From an uncultured Anaerolineales bacterium (lineage in GTDB: Bacteria; Chloroflexota; Anaerolineae; Anaerolineales; UBA4823): a stretch of DNA of 50,204 bases. The notes beneath the pieces are model-generated. The model saw nothing but the letters and a program-made list of their open reading frames with translations, was not told the origin of the DNA and did not search any database. This document shows, in pieces, positions 27,646-36,418 of the stretch. Position numbers and translations under genes: made by a program. The DNA lies in contig CAIQJJ010000492.1 in the NCBI GenBank assembly GCA_903872065.1, positions 1 through 50,204 on the forward strand, read 5' to 3'. Each line of letters begins with the position of its first letter. The first letter of the stretch is position 1.

Positions 27646-28476
27646 TTAACCTGCTTCTGACTTAAGCGGGCTAAGCCGCACCTCTCCAAACTGCACTGTG
27701 ACCACGTCGCCAGAGCGAACGGTTAACTTCAGCGAACCATCGGGCGTCAGACCAGCAATCTGACCTTCTCGCAGCAGAGGCAAGGCGCCGGTATCGCTGC
27801 TGCCTCGCCCTGAAAACACCTGCACCCATTCCCCGCGAAACGCCAGGCGGGATTCCCAGGCGCGCACAAAATCGGGCCACCCCATTCGCTTGCGCCAACG
27901 CAAAAATTCAACCAGCACCGCGCGCAGCATTTCCAACCGATCAACTGGACGTCCCAAAACATCCTCGACGCTGGTCGCGGGGAAGCGCAAAGCGGAAGCT
28001 GGCAGCACCGCGCCATCTACCGAGGCCGAAGCGACATTAATTCCCAGGCCCAAAACAACTGCCGCCAGGTCACTGCCGGTCCACTGCGCCTCGGCCAACA
28101 CCCCGGCCACTTTACGACGGTTCAAAATCACATCATTCGGCCATTTGATCTGGGCCGGCAAGCGATAGGTATTGCGCAGGGCGTCGCAGATTGCCAACGC
28201 GCCAAGCGCCGTCATACGCGGCAAAACATCGCTATCTTCAAGCGTCGGGTATAAGACGACACTTACCGCTAATGCAACCCCACGCGGGGTGATCCACTGT
28301 CGCCCCGATCGCCCACGGCCAGCCGTCTGTTCATCGGCCAAAATCAGCGAAAGATTCGGCGCGCCTTCCGCAATCCAACGCGCGGCCTGATCGTTGGTAG
28401 ACCCCACTTGATCATAATAGCGGATGCTCCCCAGAGGTAAATCAACTAATGAGCGTTCCAGAGTTTGTTGATCCAT
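27646..28476 (-). CDS. birA: Biotin-protein ligase without N-terminal HTH
   Basis: STND, QTAGRGRSGRQW, IKWPND, KVAGVL, GLGIN. Confidence 0.93.
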   Translation of the reverse strand: MDQQTLERSLVDLPLGSIRYYDQVGSTNDQAARWIAEGAPNLSLILADEQTAGRGRSGRQWITPRGVALAVSVVLYPTLEDSDVLPRMTALGALAICDALRNTYRLPAQIKWPNDVILNRRKVAGVLAEAQWTGSDLAAVVLGLGINVASASVDGAVLPASALRFPATSVEDVLGRPVDRLEMLRAVLVEFLRWRKRMGWPDFVRAWESRLAFRGEWVQVFSGRGSSDTGALPLLREGQIAGLTPDGSLKLTVRSGDVVTVQFGEVRLSPLKSEAG

Positions 28477-28529
28477 ACTCAAATTGTACCTTAAGAGAAA
28501 AGAAGGCAGGTTTATTTTCGGGCCGATCT

Positions 28530-29189
28530 TTAATCGGCGGCTTCCGCTTTAGGGCGCATCCGCTCTTTAAGCACTTCAATCACCGCCGGCAGCACCGAAA
28601 CCAAAATAATGGCAATGATGACAATCGAGAAGTTCTGCTCGACAAAAGGCAGGTTGCCAAAGAAATATCCAGCAAAAGAAAATAAGGCAACCCACAAAAT
28701 ACCACCGATCACATTATAAGAAATAAATTTGGCATAAGTCATTGCGCCAACGCCGGCCACGAACGGCGCAAAAGTGCGCACAATCGGCACAAAGCGCGCC
28801 AGGATGATGGTTTTGCCGCCATGCTTCTCATAAAAAGCATGGGTGCGATCGAGATATTCCTTTTTCAAAAAGCGGCTGTTACTGGTAAATGCCTTTGGGC
28901 CAATATAGTGGCCGATCCAGTAGTTAACGGTATCGCCAATGATCGCCGCGATGCTGAGCAAAATGAACAGAAAAACGATATTGAGGGGGCTGCCATCTAT
29001 CGAAGCCAGAGCCCCGGCAGCAAAGATCAGCGAGTCGCCGGGCAAAAATGGGGTAACCACCAGCCCGGTTTCCATAAAGATCACCAGGAACAAGAGAATA
29101 TACGAACCAGCCTGATATTGCTGAATAATTATATTCAGATATTTATCCAGGTGAAGAAATAGATCGATCAAAGAGAGAATCAGATTCAT
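28530..29189 (-). CDS. dedA: DedA family membrane protein
   Basis: [39 protein letters not shown]. Confidence 0.93.
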   Translation of the reverse strand: MNLILSLIDLFLHLDKYLNIIIQQYQAGSYILLFLVIFMETGLVVTPFLPGDSLIFAAGALASIDGSPLNIVFLFILLSIAAIIGDTVNYWIGHYIGPKAFTSNSRFLKKEYLDRTHAFYEKHGGKTIILARFVPIVRTFAPFVAGVGAMTYAKFISYNVIGGILWVALFSFAGYFFGNLPFVEQNFSIVIIAIILVSVLPAVIEVLKERMRPKAEAAD

Positions 29190-30496
29190 GAAAGTACCTC
29201 AGAAGAAATTTTTGCCTCACCCGCATCATCCACTCCATTGGATGAGATTGTCACAGGCGAGGGAGAAATTGTTGATAAAACCGGCAGCTGGCTCAACCTG
29301 CGCCGTAGGGTAGCATTAAAGCTGAGCAAACCAAAGATCAACAGCACCCCAAAGGCGCTCGCCAGGCCTATCTGAAGCGCTGCCAAAGGTGAAAATTCAG
29401 CCGCTGTGGACGGCTGCAAGGTAAGCAGAGCAGCCGCGACAGTCATCCCATTCCACAAACCGTGGATCAGGACTGCAATCCCATAGACGAACGCTAATCG
29501 GAAATAGCGTTTCTCTGCCCAGGCCGAAGCCAAAGCCCAGCCCATTAAACCGGCGGTGAAAATGTGCATGGCGGCCGTTCCCCAGCGTGCGATGACGATT
29601 GTCGTCCAACTTGCCCCGGCCGCGCTGCCTGCACTCAGGCTTTCTATCAACGACATCCCTGCGCCGCACAACAAACCACTGACAAAACCTTCGGATGAGG
29701 TAAGCCGGCGGCCAGCCAACAACCACACCCCGATGGGTTTAAGCGCTTCCTCAACCAGGGGGACGATCGCTGAGAAGTAAGCCAAGAGCAAATAAATCAC
29801 CATCGGCTGGCGGAGATATGATTCTACCAGAGGAAAGAAAGAAGTGGGGTCCGAAGGAGCAGATTGGATTTTCTGCGCCAGGTCTTGCAGAGCAGCTGCC
29901 TGCTCTGGTTGGAGGACGATTGCCAGACTGCCCAAGATCAGCAGCAGCAAACCGACAAACAATTCTGTTCCCAACATCAACAGCGGCCCAAGCGTCAACC
30001 CACTGGCTAAGATGCCCCAGGCGCGCTGAGGCGCAACCGCTGGCAGCCCATGCCTTCCCAGGTTAACCAACCACAACACAGGAATAGAAATCGCCAGAAC
30101 ATGCGCGGCGGGCAAGATCAGCCATGCCAGCGCAGTGGAACGAATGGCCCAATCGCCAAGCCATAGGGCAAGCGGCAGCGCTATCAACAGCAGCAAGTTC
30201 CCCACCCGCCAGGCAGCGGGCGGCAGCCAGGGTTTGGTTGGCCTCCGCCCAGCCAGGCGCAAAAGGGCATAAACCGCGGATGGACACAGCAGCAGGCCGG
30301 CAAAGAACAGTGTTCCAGCCAGCACAAACTCGCTCATCGTTTGATCGCCGCCCGCCGCCCCGGCCAGGTCGAACATCCCAACCAACAGCAGCAGCCCCGC
30401 CAAGGCAAACGCCCCTAAGGCCGCCGCCAGGCTCAAGATGAACTGAAGCGCCGAGTACAGATCAAAATCCGTTGAACGAGTTTGGGATAGGGACAT
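29186..30496 (-). CDS. PrsW family intramembrane glutamic/metallo-protease
   Basis: PLVEEALKP (EExxK), GMSLIES, AMH and IHGLWN motifs; many TMs. Confidence 0.82.
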   Translation of the reverse strand: MSLSQTRSTDFDLYSALQFILSLAAALGAFALAGLLLLVGMFDLAGAAGGDQTMSEFVLAGTLFFAGLLLCPSAVYALLRLAGRRPTKPWLPPAAWRVGNLLLLIALPLALWLGDWAIRSTALAWLILPAAHVLAISIPVLWLVNLGRHGLPAVAPQRAWGILASGLTLGPLLMLGTELFVGLLLLILGSLAIVLQPEQAAALQDLAQKIQSAPSDPTSFFPLVESYLRQPMVIYLLLAYFSAIVPLVEEALKPIGVWLLAGRRLTSSEGFVSGLLCGAGMSLIESLSAGSAAGASWTTIVIARWGTAAMHIFTAGLMGWALASAWAEKRYFRLAFVYGIAVLIHGLWNGMTVAAALLTLQPSTAAEFSPLAALQIGLASAFGVLLIFGLLSFNATLRRRLSQLPVLSTISPSPVTISSNGVDDAGEAKISSEVLS

Positions 30497-30497
30497 A

Positions 30498-31805
30498 CTA
30501 CTTTTCAATAATTTCAATGCTCAAAATCGAGTCGCCATCTGGAAGCGTCCCCTCTTGGGATGGATCGCGCGGGGTAATTTGTTCGACCAAGTCCATCCCA
30601 TCAATCACCTCGCCAAAAATGGTGTGTTTTCCATCCAAATGAGTGGCCGCCGCCAGGGTGATGAAAAACTGGCTGCCGTTGGTATTCGGCCCGCTGTTCG
30701 CCATGGCTAATAAGCCGGGCCGGTCAAAGCTTTGCGCGGCGTCAATTTCATCAGAAAAACCATAACCTGGGCCGCCATAGCCTGTGCCGGATGGGTCGCC
30801 GGCCTGCGCCATGAAGCCCGGCAGTACGCGGTGGAAAGTGACGCCATTGTACCAACCATCCCGCGCCAGGTAAACGAAGTTATTGACCGTCAGCGGGGCC
30901 TTGTCGGCATAGAGTTTCAAGGTAACAGCGCCAGTTTTTAGATGGATCACCGCTTCGTACTGTTTTTTTGCATCAATGATCATTGGGGGGCAAGTGCTAA
31001 ACTGCCGCTTTTCAAGCAGCATGAGCTTTACCACCGTTGCAACCACCTCATAGCTTTTGGGCAGATTATCGGGCCAGATTTGGTTGTTGATCACCAAAAA
31101 CGGCGTGCCGGGCAAACCGATATTTTGGCCGTTATCCCAGGCGTCCTGGGCCTTTTTCACCAGTGCATCGCTGGTTAAATCTTTGACAAACTTCTCTTTA
31201 TCCAGTTTCAGCGTTGCAGATTGCGTCTCCAGCCAGGCTTGAAAATCTTCAACCGTCATGGCAGACCAGGTTTGTTGTCCAGCAAAAAGCAGATCGTGCA
31301 TCTGCCAGAACTTGCCCTGCAAACCAGCCGCCTCAGCGGCTTGGGCGGACAAAGCGGCTTTATCGTGGATGCTCATCAATGGGAAATGACGATATACGAA
31401 ACGAACGTCGTTCGGGAAATCTTCAGCGAGACGCGCCATCACGGGCGCGACAGAAGCGCAGCCCGGTCACTGAAAATCGCTGTATTCAATCAACGTAACT
31501 GTCGCCGTTTCTGGGCCAGTGACCCAATCCTGGGCAGTTACGCCGCCAAAAACCGATTCGGGCGTGGGGCCAGTGGTGGGTTTGGCGCTTGAGACAGTAC
31601 AACCTGGCATCACATCGCCAGATTTGATCTCCAGCGTCTTGGTGGGCTGAGGCGGCAGCGTCTTGGCAACAGCCAGTGTAGCCGGCGAAACCTTTTGCGT
31701 CGGCTGCTTTGGCTGTTCCACCTGCGAGGTCGGCATCGGACTGGGCGAAGCCTGTACACAGGCTGCCAGCGCCAATGCAATCAATAGCAAAAACCATTTT
31801 TTCAT
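30498..31805 (-). CDS. Selenocysteine-containing DsbA/thioredoxin-like lipoprotein fused to a cyclophilin PPIase (435 aa; in-frame UGA at 31467-31469)
   Basis: ORFs 31467..31805 and 30498..31442 share one frame, separated only by TGA plus 8 sense codons: EYSDFQ-[TGA]-PGCASVAP-V. Lipobox LAAC; DsbA motifs VYRHFPL and GTPF; cyclophilin motifs FHRVLPGFMAQAGDP and AMANSGPNTNGSQFFIT. Confidence 0.85.
31432..31449 (-). promoter_or_regulatory. Putative bacterial SECIS element
   Basis: mRNA CGCGCC-CGUGAU-GGCGCG begins 18 nt after the UGA; 6-bp GC stem, GU at loop positions 2-3. Confidence 0.55.
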
Positions 31806-31866
31806 GTAGTACCTTCCTTATGAGATATTGCCTCAATTGTACCATCCTGGTACACTGGAGAGCATT

Positions 31867-32859
31867 ATGAAGCGCATTTATTTTGGGTTAACTATTTTAA
31901 CGTTTGTATTTGGGCTGGCGGCCCTAACGCTCTCCGCTTGCGCGCCGCGCGCCGCACGGGCGGAGGCCAATCGCAATGTGCAAAGCCCGGCAGTTTCCCC
32001 AACGCAGGAAGATATGCGTCAGGCAGCCAGCGCGACGCCAGTCCCCGTCACAAACACACCCCCTCCCACCCCAACCCCTACTATCCAGGCCTCAGCAACC
32101 CCATCGCCTCTCCCAAGCACAACCGCCTCCCCACAGCCAACTTTCGAGACTTGTTGGTTAAATGGCGGGCGCATCTTACGCGATTGGGAAAGAACTTATC
32201 TGTTGAAATTTCCTCTTACGTACCGTGTCTATCTGCCGCCATGTTATGAAGAACACAGCGACCAATTTTATCCGGTGTTGTATTTAATTCACGGGCAGAG
32301 TTATACCGATGATCAGTGGGATCGCATGGGAATCGATGAAATGGCCGATCTCTTAATGGCGACCGGCGAAATTCCACCTTTCATTATTGTCATGCCCCAA
32401 GACCGCATCTGGACGCAGCCCAGCGAAGATGGTTTCGGCGAGGCGGTGATGAAGGTGTTGATTCCGCTGATTGATCAAGAATATCGCACGATTGCCTCTC
32501 GCGAGGGGCGCGCCATAGGCGGCTTGTCGCGCGGCGCATCTTGGGCCATTCACCTGGGATTTTCGCAATGGGAATGGTTTTCGGTGATCGGGGCGCACAG
32601 CCCGCCAGTGTTCTGGGAAGATGTGCCATACGTGGCAGCCTGGATTGATCGCATCCCACCGGGGGCGGCGATGCGAGTTTACATGGATATTGGCGTAGAG
32701 GATAGAAAAGAAATTATGGATTCGGCCGTCTGGTTTGAAGGTTTGCTAACGAAAAAAGGCGTGGCGCATGAATGGCATCTCTTCCAGGGCGCGCACGACG
32801 AAAATTACTGGACGAAAAATATTGAACGTTACTTGCGTTGGTACGCGGCAGATTGGTGA
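31867..32859 (+). CDS. Lipoprotein esterase (alpha/beta hydrolase, Fes/XynZ-like family)
   Basis: Lipobox LSAC, P/T linker, VYLPPCY, YPVLYLIHG, nucleophile GLSRG, GAHD..YW. Confidence 0.85.
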   Translation: MKRIYFGLTILTFVFGLAALTLSACAPRAARAEANRNVQSPAVSPTQEDMRQAASATPVPVTNTPPPTPTPTIQASATPSPLPSTTASPQPTFETCWLNGGRILRDWERTYLLKFPLTYRVYLPPCYEEHSDQFYPVLYLIHGQSYTDDQWDRMGIDEMADLLMATGEIPPFIIVMPQDRIWTQPSEDGFGEAVMKVLIPLIDQEYRTIASREGRAIGGLSRGASWAIHLGFSQWEWFSVIGAHSPPVFWEDVPYVAAWIDRIPPGAAMRVYMDIGVEDRKEIMDSAVWFEGLLTKKGVAHEWHLFQGAHDENYWTKNIERYLRWYAADW

Positions 32860-32961
32860 AGGCAAACTGGAAGAGGCGTGGAAAATTCGATCAAATTTCT
32901 TAAGCACAAACAAAAATTTCGAGTATAATACAGGACAGTTGAAGGGGCAGCACAAGCAAAC

Positions 32962-33045
32962 GCCGAAGTGGCGGAATTGGCAGACGCGCACGACTCAAAA
33001 TCGTGTACCCGGAAGGGTATGAGGGTTCGATTCCCTCCTTCGGCA
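32962..33045 (+). tRNA. tRNA-Leu(CAA)
   Basis: GCCGAAG..CTTCGGC-A, anticodon arm CACGA-CT-CAA-AA-TCGTG, long variable arm; TATAAT upstream at 32924. Confidence 0.95.
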
Positions 33046-33168
33046 CAGAGATGGCGGCGGTTGGTTCTCTCCTTTCCTTTTAGTAAGGAGAACAGTGACT
33101 GCCGCTTTTGCGTTTATAATTGGGGGTATCTTTGGCGAGTCTCGATATCCCACAGGAGGTTTCCAATT

Positions 33169-34452
33169 ATGCCATCTACAAACGACATTCTGGCGATCAT
33201 TCTCGGCGGTGGACGAGGAGCCAGGCTCTACCCACTCACGCGCGAACGCGCCAAGCCAGCCGTGCCTATTGCCGGCAAATACCGTTTGATAGACATTCCA
33301 ATCAGCAATTGCATCAATTCAGGCATCAACCGCATTGACGTTATCACCCAGTTTAATTCGGTTTCGCTGCATCGCCACATTGCCCGCAGCTACGTGTTCG
33401 ACGCCTTTCATCCAGGCTGGGTGCAAATCTTGGCGGCTGAACAAACCCCGCGCAGCGAAGATTGGTACCAGGGAACAGCGGATGCCGTGCGCAAACATCT
33501 CATGGATATCAATTCCTCAGGCGCGAAGTATGTCTTGATCCTGGCCGGCGACCATCTCTATCGCATGGATTACTGTAAAATGGCCGAATTCCACTGGGAT
33601 AACCAGGCGGATGTGACCATCGCCGTTCAGCCTGTCTTACATGATCAAACATTCCGCTTCGGGGTGTTGAAACGCGGGGCCGATCAACGCATTACAGATT
33701 TTGTTGAAAAACCGCGCGATCCGGCGGTCCTGGCAAACTTCGTCAGCCGCGATGATCCAGAACGCCCCTACCTGGGCTCAATGGGCATCTATCTGTTCAA
33801 AACCAAAATTTTGATTGATATGCTGGCCGATACAACGGACGACGACTTTGGCAATGATGTGATCCCCAAGGCCATCCACACCCACGAAGTGTATGGCTTT
33901 GATTTCGATGGCTATTGGGAAGATATCGGCACCGTGCGTTCGTTTTATGAGACCAATTTACGCCTGACCAACCCCGATTCCCCGTTTGACTTTCACGATC
34001 CGCAGCGCCCGATTTATACCCATGCCCGCTTCCTGCCCAGTTCGCTGATCAATGGCGGGAAATTGGTCAATGTGATGCTTACTGAAGGCTGCCGGATTGG
34101 CCAATCAGAGATCAGCGACTCGATCATCGGGCTGCGCAGTCAGATCGCTGATGGGGTTACGATTCGCAAAACGATTGTAATGGGCGCGGACTATTACGAT
34201 CCCCCCGATCTGCCGCCGCCAGGGGGCATCGCCCTGGGCATTGGGCCAAACAGTCAGATCAACGGCGCCATCATTGATAAAAATGCACGCATCGGAGCGA
34301 ACGTGGTGATCGAGGCTTTCCCGCGCGGCACTGAGATTGACTGCGACGATTGGGTAGTGCGCGATGGGATTGTGGTGATCCCTAAAAACGCTACCATCGT
34401 CGCCGGCACGATCATCAGTCCCGAAACCACCCCCGGCTGCACCACTGGCTAA
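33169..34452 (+). CDS. glgC: Glucose-1-phosphate adenylyltransferase
   Basis: ILGGGRGARLYPLT..RAKPAVP, WYQGTADAV, ILAGDHLYRMDY, FVEKP, YWEDIGT; SD AGGAGG. Confidence 0.95.
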   Translation: MPSTNDILAIILGGGRGARLYPLTRERAKPAVPIAGKYRLIDIPISNCINSGINRIDVITQFNSVSLHRHIARSYVFDAFHPGWVQILAAEQTPRSEDWYQGTADAVRKHLMDINSSGAKYVLILAGDHLYRMDYCKMAEFHWDNQADVTIAVQPVLHDQTFRFGVLKRGADQRITDFVEKPRDPAVLANFVSRDDPERPYLGSMGIYLFKTKILIDMLADTTDDDFGNDVIPKAIHTHEVYGFDFDGYWEDIGTVRSFYETNLRLTNPDSPFDFHDPQRPIYTHARFLPSSLINGGKLVNVMLTEGCRIGQSEISDSIIGLRSQIADGVTIRKTIVMGADYYDPPDLPPPGGIALGIGPNSQINGAIIDKNARIGANVVIEAFPRGTEIDCDDWVVRDGIVVIPKNATIVAGTIISPETTPGCTTG

Positions 34453-34460
34453 ACCCCGGA

Positions 34461-34501
34461 GCAAAAAAGTAGGGCGAGATTTCCTCGCCCTACTTTTTTG
34501 C
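34461..34501. terminator. Bidirectional terminator between glgC and the ABC exporter operon
   Basis: GCAAAAAAGTAGGGCGAG-ATTTC-CTCGCCCTACTTTTTTGC, perfect 18-bp arms. Confidence 0.85.
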
Positions 34502-35428
34502 CGCTAAGGCCAGGAAGACATCTTCCAGGCTTGGCTCGCCAGGGACGATCATCACCTCTGATTGATCTTCTACATCAGGCGCTGTCGCCAGGTGGGCGCG
34601 CAAATCTTCGGCGTTCGTTTGCAAAGGTGTAATGGCGCGCAAGTGATCGCCGGCCAGGCCGGCGCGCAGCACATACGGGCAGGTTTCCAGCAAGTTTAGC
34701 AATCTCAACAACACGCCGTGATCCGCCGTCAGGGTGGATACATCCCAGGCGCGGCCCGGCAAGGCGGTTTCTTTCAAAGCCGAGGGCGTATCCAGCGCCA
34801 ATAGTCTGCCATCGCGCATGATCCCCACCCGGCCGCAATACTCGGCCTCATCCATATAATGGGTGGACACCAAAGCCGTCACCCCTTGCTGCACCAGGGT
34901 ATAAATCAAATCCCAGAAAGAACGCCGGGCGGTTGGGTCCACCCCACTGGTGGGTTCATCCAAAAAGAGCAGTTTCGGGTGATGAATGATCGCCGTCCCG
35001 AGCGCCAGGCGCTGCTTCCAACCGGTCGAAAGGCCGGCGACACGCTCGCGCTCATGCCCACGCAAGGCGATCAAGTCCAACACTTCGCTCAATCGCTCGC
35101 GCTGGCGGACGCCATAGACGCCGGCGTAAAATTCCAGGTTTTCGATAACCGTCAAGTCATGATACAGGGCAAATTTTTGCGACATGTAGCCCACCTGCTG
35201 ACGCACCTGCTCAGATTGGCGAATCGCATCGAAACCCAGCACCTGCGCCTGGCCCGAGGTGGGAATCAACAAACCCAGGAGCATTCGCATGGTGGTTGTC
35301 TTGCCTGATCCATTGGGGCCGAGATAGCCAACCACCTCGCCGGCATTGATCGTAAAAGAGACTTGATTCACGGCGCAGAAATCGCCGAATTTTTTGGTCA
35401 GGTTTTCTACGCGGATCACTTCGTTCAT
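34490..35428 (-). CDS. ABC exporter ATP-binding protein (YbhF-like, second NBD)
   Basis: GPNGSGKTT, GYMSQKF, LSTGWKQRL, LDEPTSGVDP. Confidence 0.92.
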   Translation of the reverse strand: MNEVIRVENLTKKFGDFCAVNQVSFTINAGEVVGYLGPNGSGKTTTMRMLLGLLIPTSGQAQVLGFDAIRQSEQVRQQVGYMSQKFALYHDLTVIENLEFYAGVYGVRQRERLSEVLDLIALRGHERERVAGLSTGWKQRLALGTAIIHHPKLLFLDEPTSGVDPTARRSFWDLIYTLVQQGVTALVSTHYMDEAEYCGRVGIMRDGRLLALDTPSALKETALPGRAWDVSTLTADHGVLLRLLNLLETCPYVLRAGLAGDHLRAITPLQTNAEDLRAHLATAPDVEDQSEVMIVPGEPSLEDVFLALAAKK

Positions 35429-36399
35429 GAATCACGCTCCAGCAGCGCCATAAAAACATCTTCCAACTGCGGTTCAATTTCACGCGCCAGCGAAAGCTGC
35501 TCGCCTTGCGCGCCAAACTGAGCTTGCAAACGCTCGATGACCGCCGCCGCCGTCCCTGCCTGCACACGCAGGTGCAGCCGGTCGCCAAACATCTGCACAT
35601 CCTCCACGGCTGCATCTGCCCTTACCAGGCTGCGCAGGGAGGTCAGCGGACTGCCGCGCGCTTCAACAATCCGGTTCTTGAGGCGGGCGCGCAGTTCAGC
35701 AGGCGTGCCTTCCACCAACAGATTGCCGTCGCGCATAAACCCCAAGCGATGACAACGGGCAGCTTCATCCATATAGGGAGTGCTAACGATGACCGCGATC
35801 TGCTCTCCCTCTGCATCCACCGTGACGGAGGCCAGGCGAATGATCAACTGCCAGAAATCCTGCCGGGTGACCGGGTCAACCCCGGTGGTGGGTTCATCCA
35901 ACAGCAAGACGCGCGGGCGATGCACCAGAGCCGCCGCCAGGCCCAATTTCTGCTTCATGCCGCCCGAAAGCTGCCCGGCGCGGCGGTGGATATAATCGGC
36001 CAGCCCAACGAAGGTTAAAATCTCCATGCAGCGCGGCTGCCACTGCGCCGCCGAAAGCCCGCGCACCTCGGCAAAAAAACGGATGTTTTCGAGAACGGTC
36101 AAGTCTTCATAGAGTGAGAAGCGCTGCGCCAGGTAGCCGATCTGGGAGCGCCCCTGCTCAGTCTGCCTGAGCATATCATAGCCGGCGATCTGGATGGTCG
36201 CGGGAGCGCCGCCGGGGCGGGGAGTGGGCAGCAGTGCGCCGCACAACAGTCGCAGCGTCGTGGTCTTGCCGGCCCCATCTGGCCCTACCAGGCCGTAGAT
36301 TTCCCCGGCGGCGACCGCCAGGCTGACATCCTCAACGGCGGTCACTGCAGCAGATCTTGCTGCGGCAAAAGTTTTATGGAGGTGTGTGGCGTTGATCAT
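35425..36399 (-). CDS. ABC exporter ATP-binding protein (YbhF-like, first NBD)
   Basis: GPDGAGKTT, LSGGMKQKL, LDEPTTGVDP, STPYMDEA. Confidence 0.92.
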   Translation of the reverse strand: MINATHLHKTFAAARSAAVTAVEDVSLAVAAGEIYGLVGPDGAGKTTTLRLLCGALLPTPRPGGAPATIQIAGYDMLRQTEQGRSQIGYLAQRFSLYEDLTVLENIRFFAEVRGLSAAQWQPRCMEILTFVGLADYIHRRAGQLSGGMKQKLGLAAALVHRPRVLLLDEPTTGVDPVTRQDFWQLIIRLASVTVDAEGEQIAVIVSTPYMDEAARCHRLGFMRDGNLLVEGTPAELRARLKNRIVEARGSPLTSLRSLVRADAAVEDVQMFGDRLHLRVQAGTAAAVIERLQAQFGAQGEQLSLAREIEPQLEDVFMALLERDS

Positions 36400-36418
36400 G
36401 GCAGCCCACTGAGAACGA

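Noticed and set aside
30498-31805. Two separate genes or a nonsense pseudogene
   Set aside because: The stop is TGA exactly at the catalytic Cys position, both halves are in frame and intact, and a SECIS-like hairpin follows.
25834-33045. Genomic island bounded by tRNA-Pro and tRNA-Leu
   Set aside because: No integrase or att duplication was seen, and the content is housekeeping (birA, dedA, hsp20).
32968-33168. N-terminal extension of GlgC in the ORF track
   Set aside because: It overlaps tRNA-Leu; the real start is ATG 33169 after AGGAGG.
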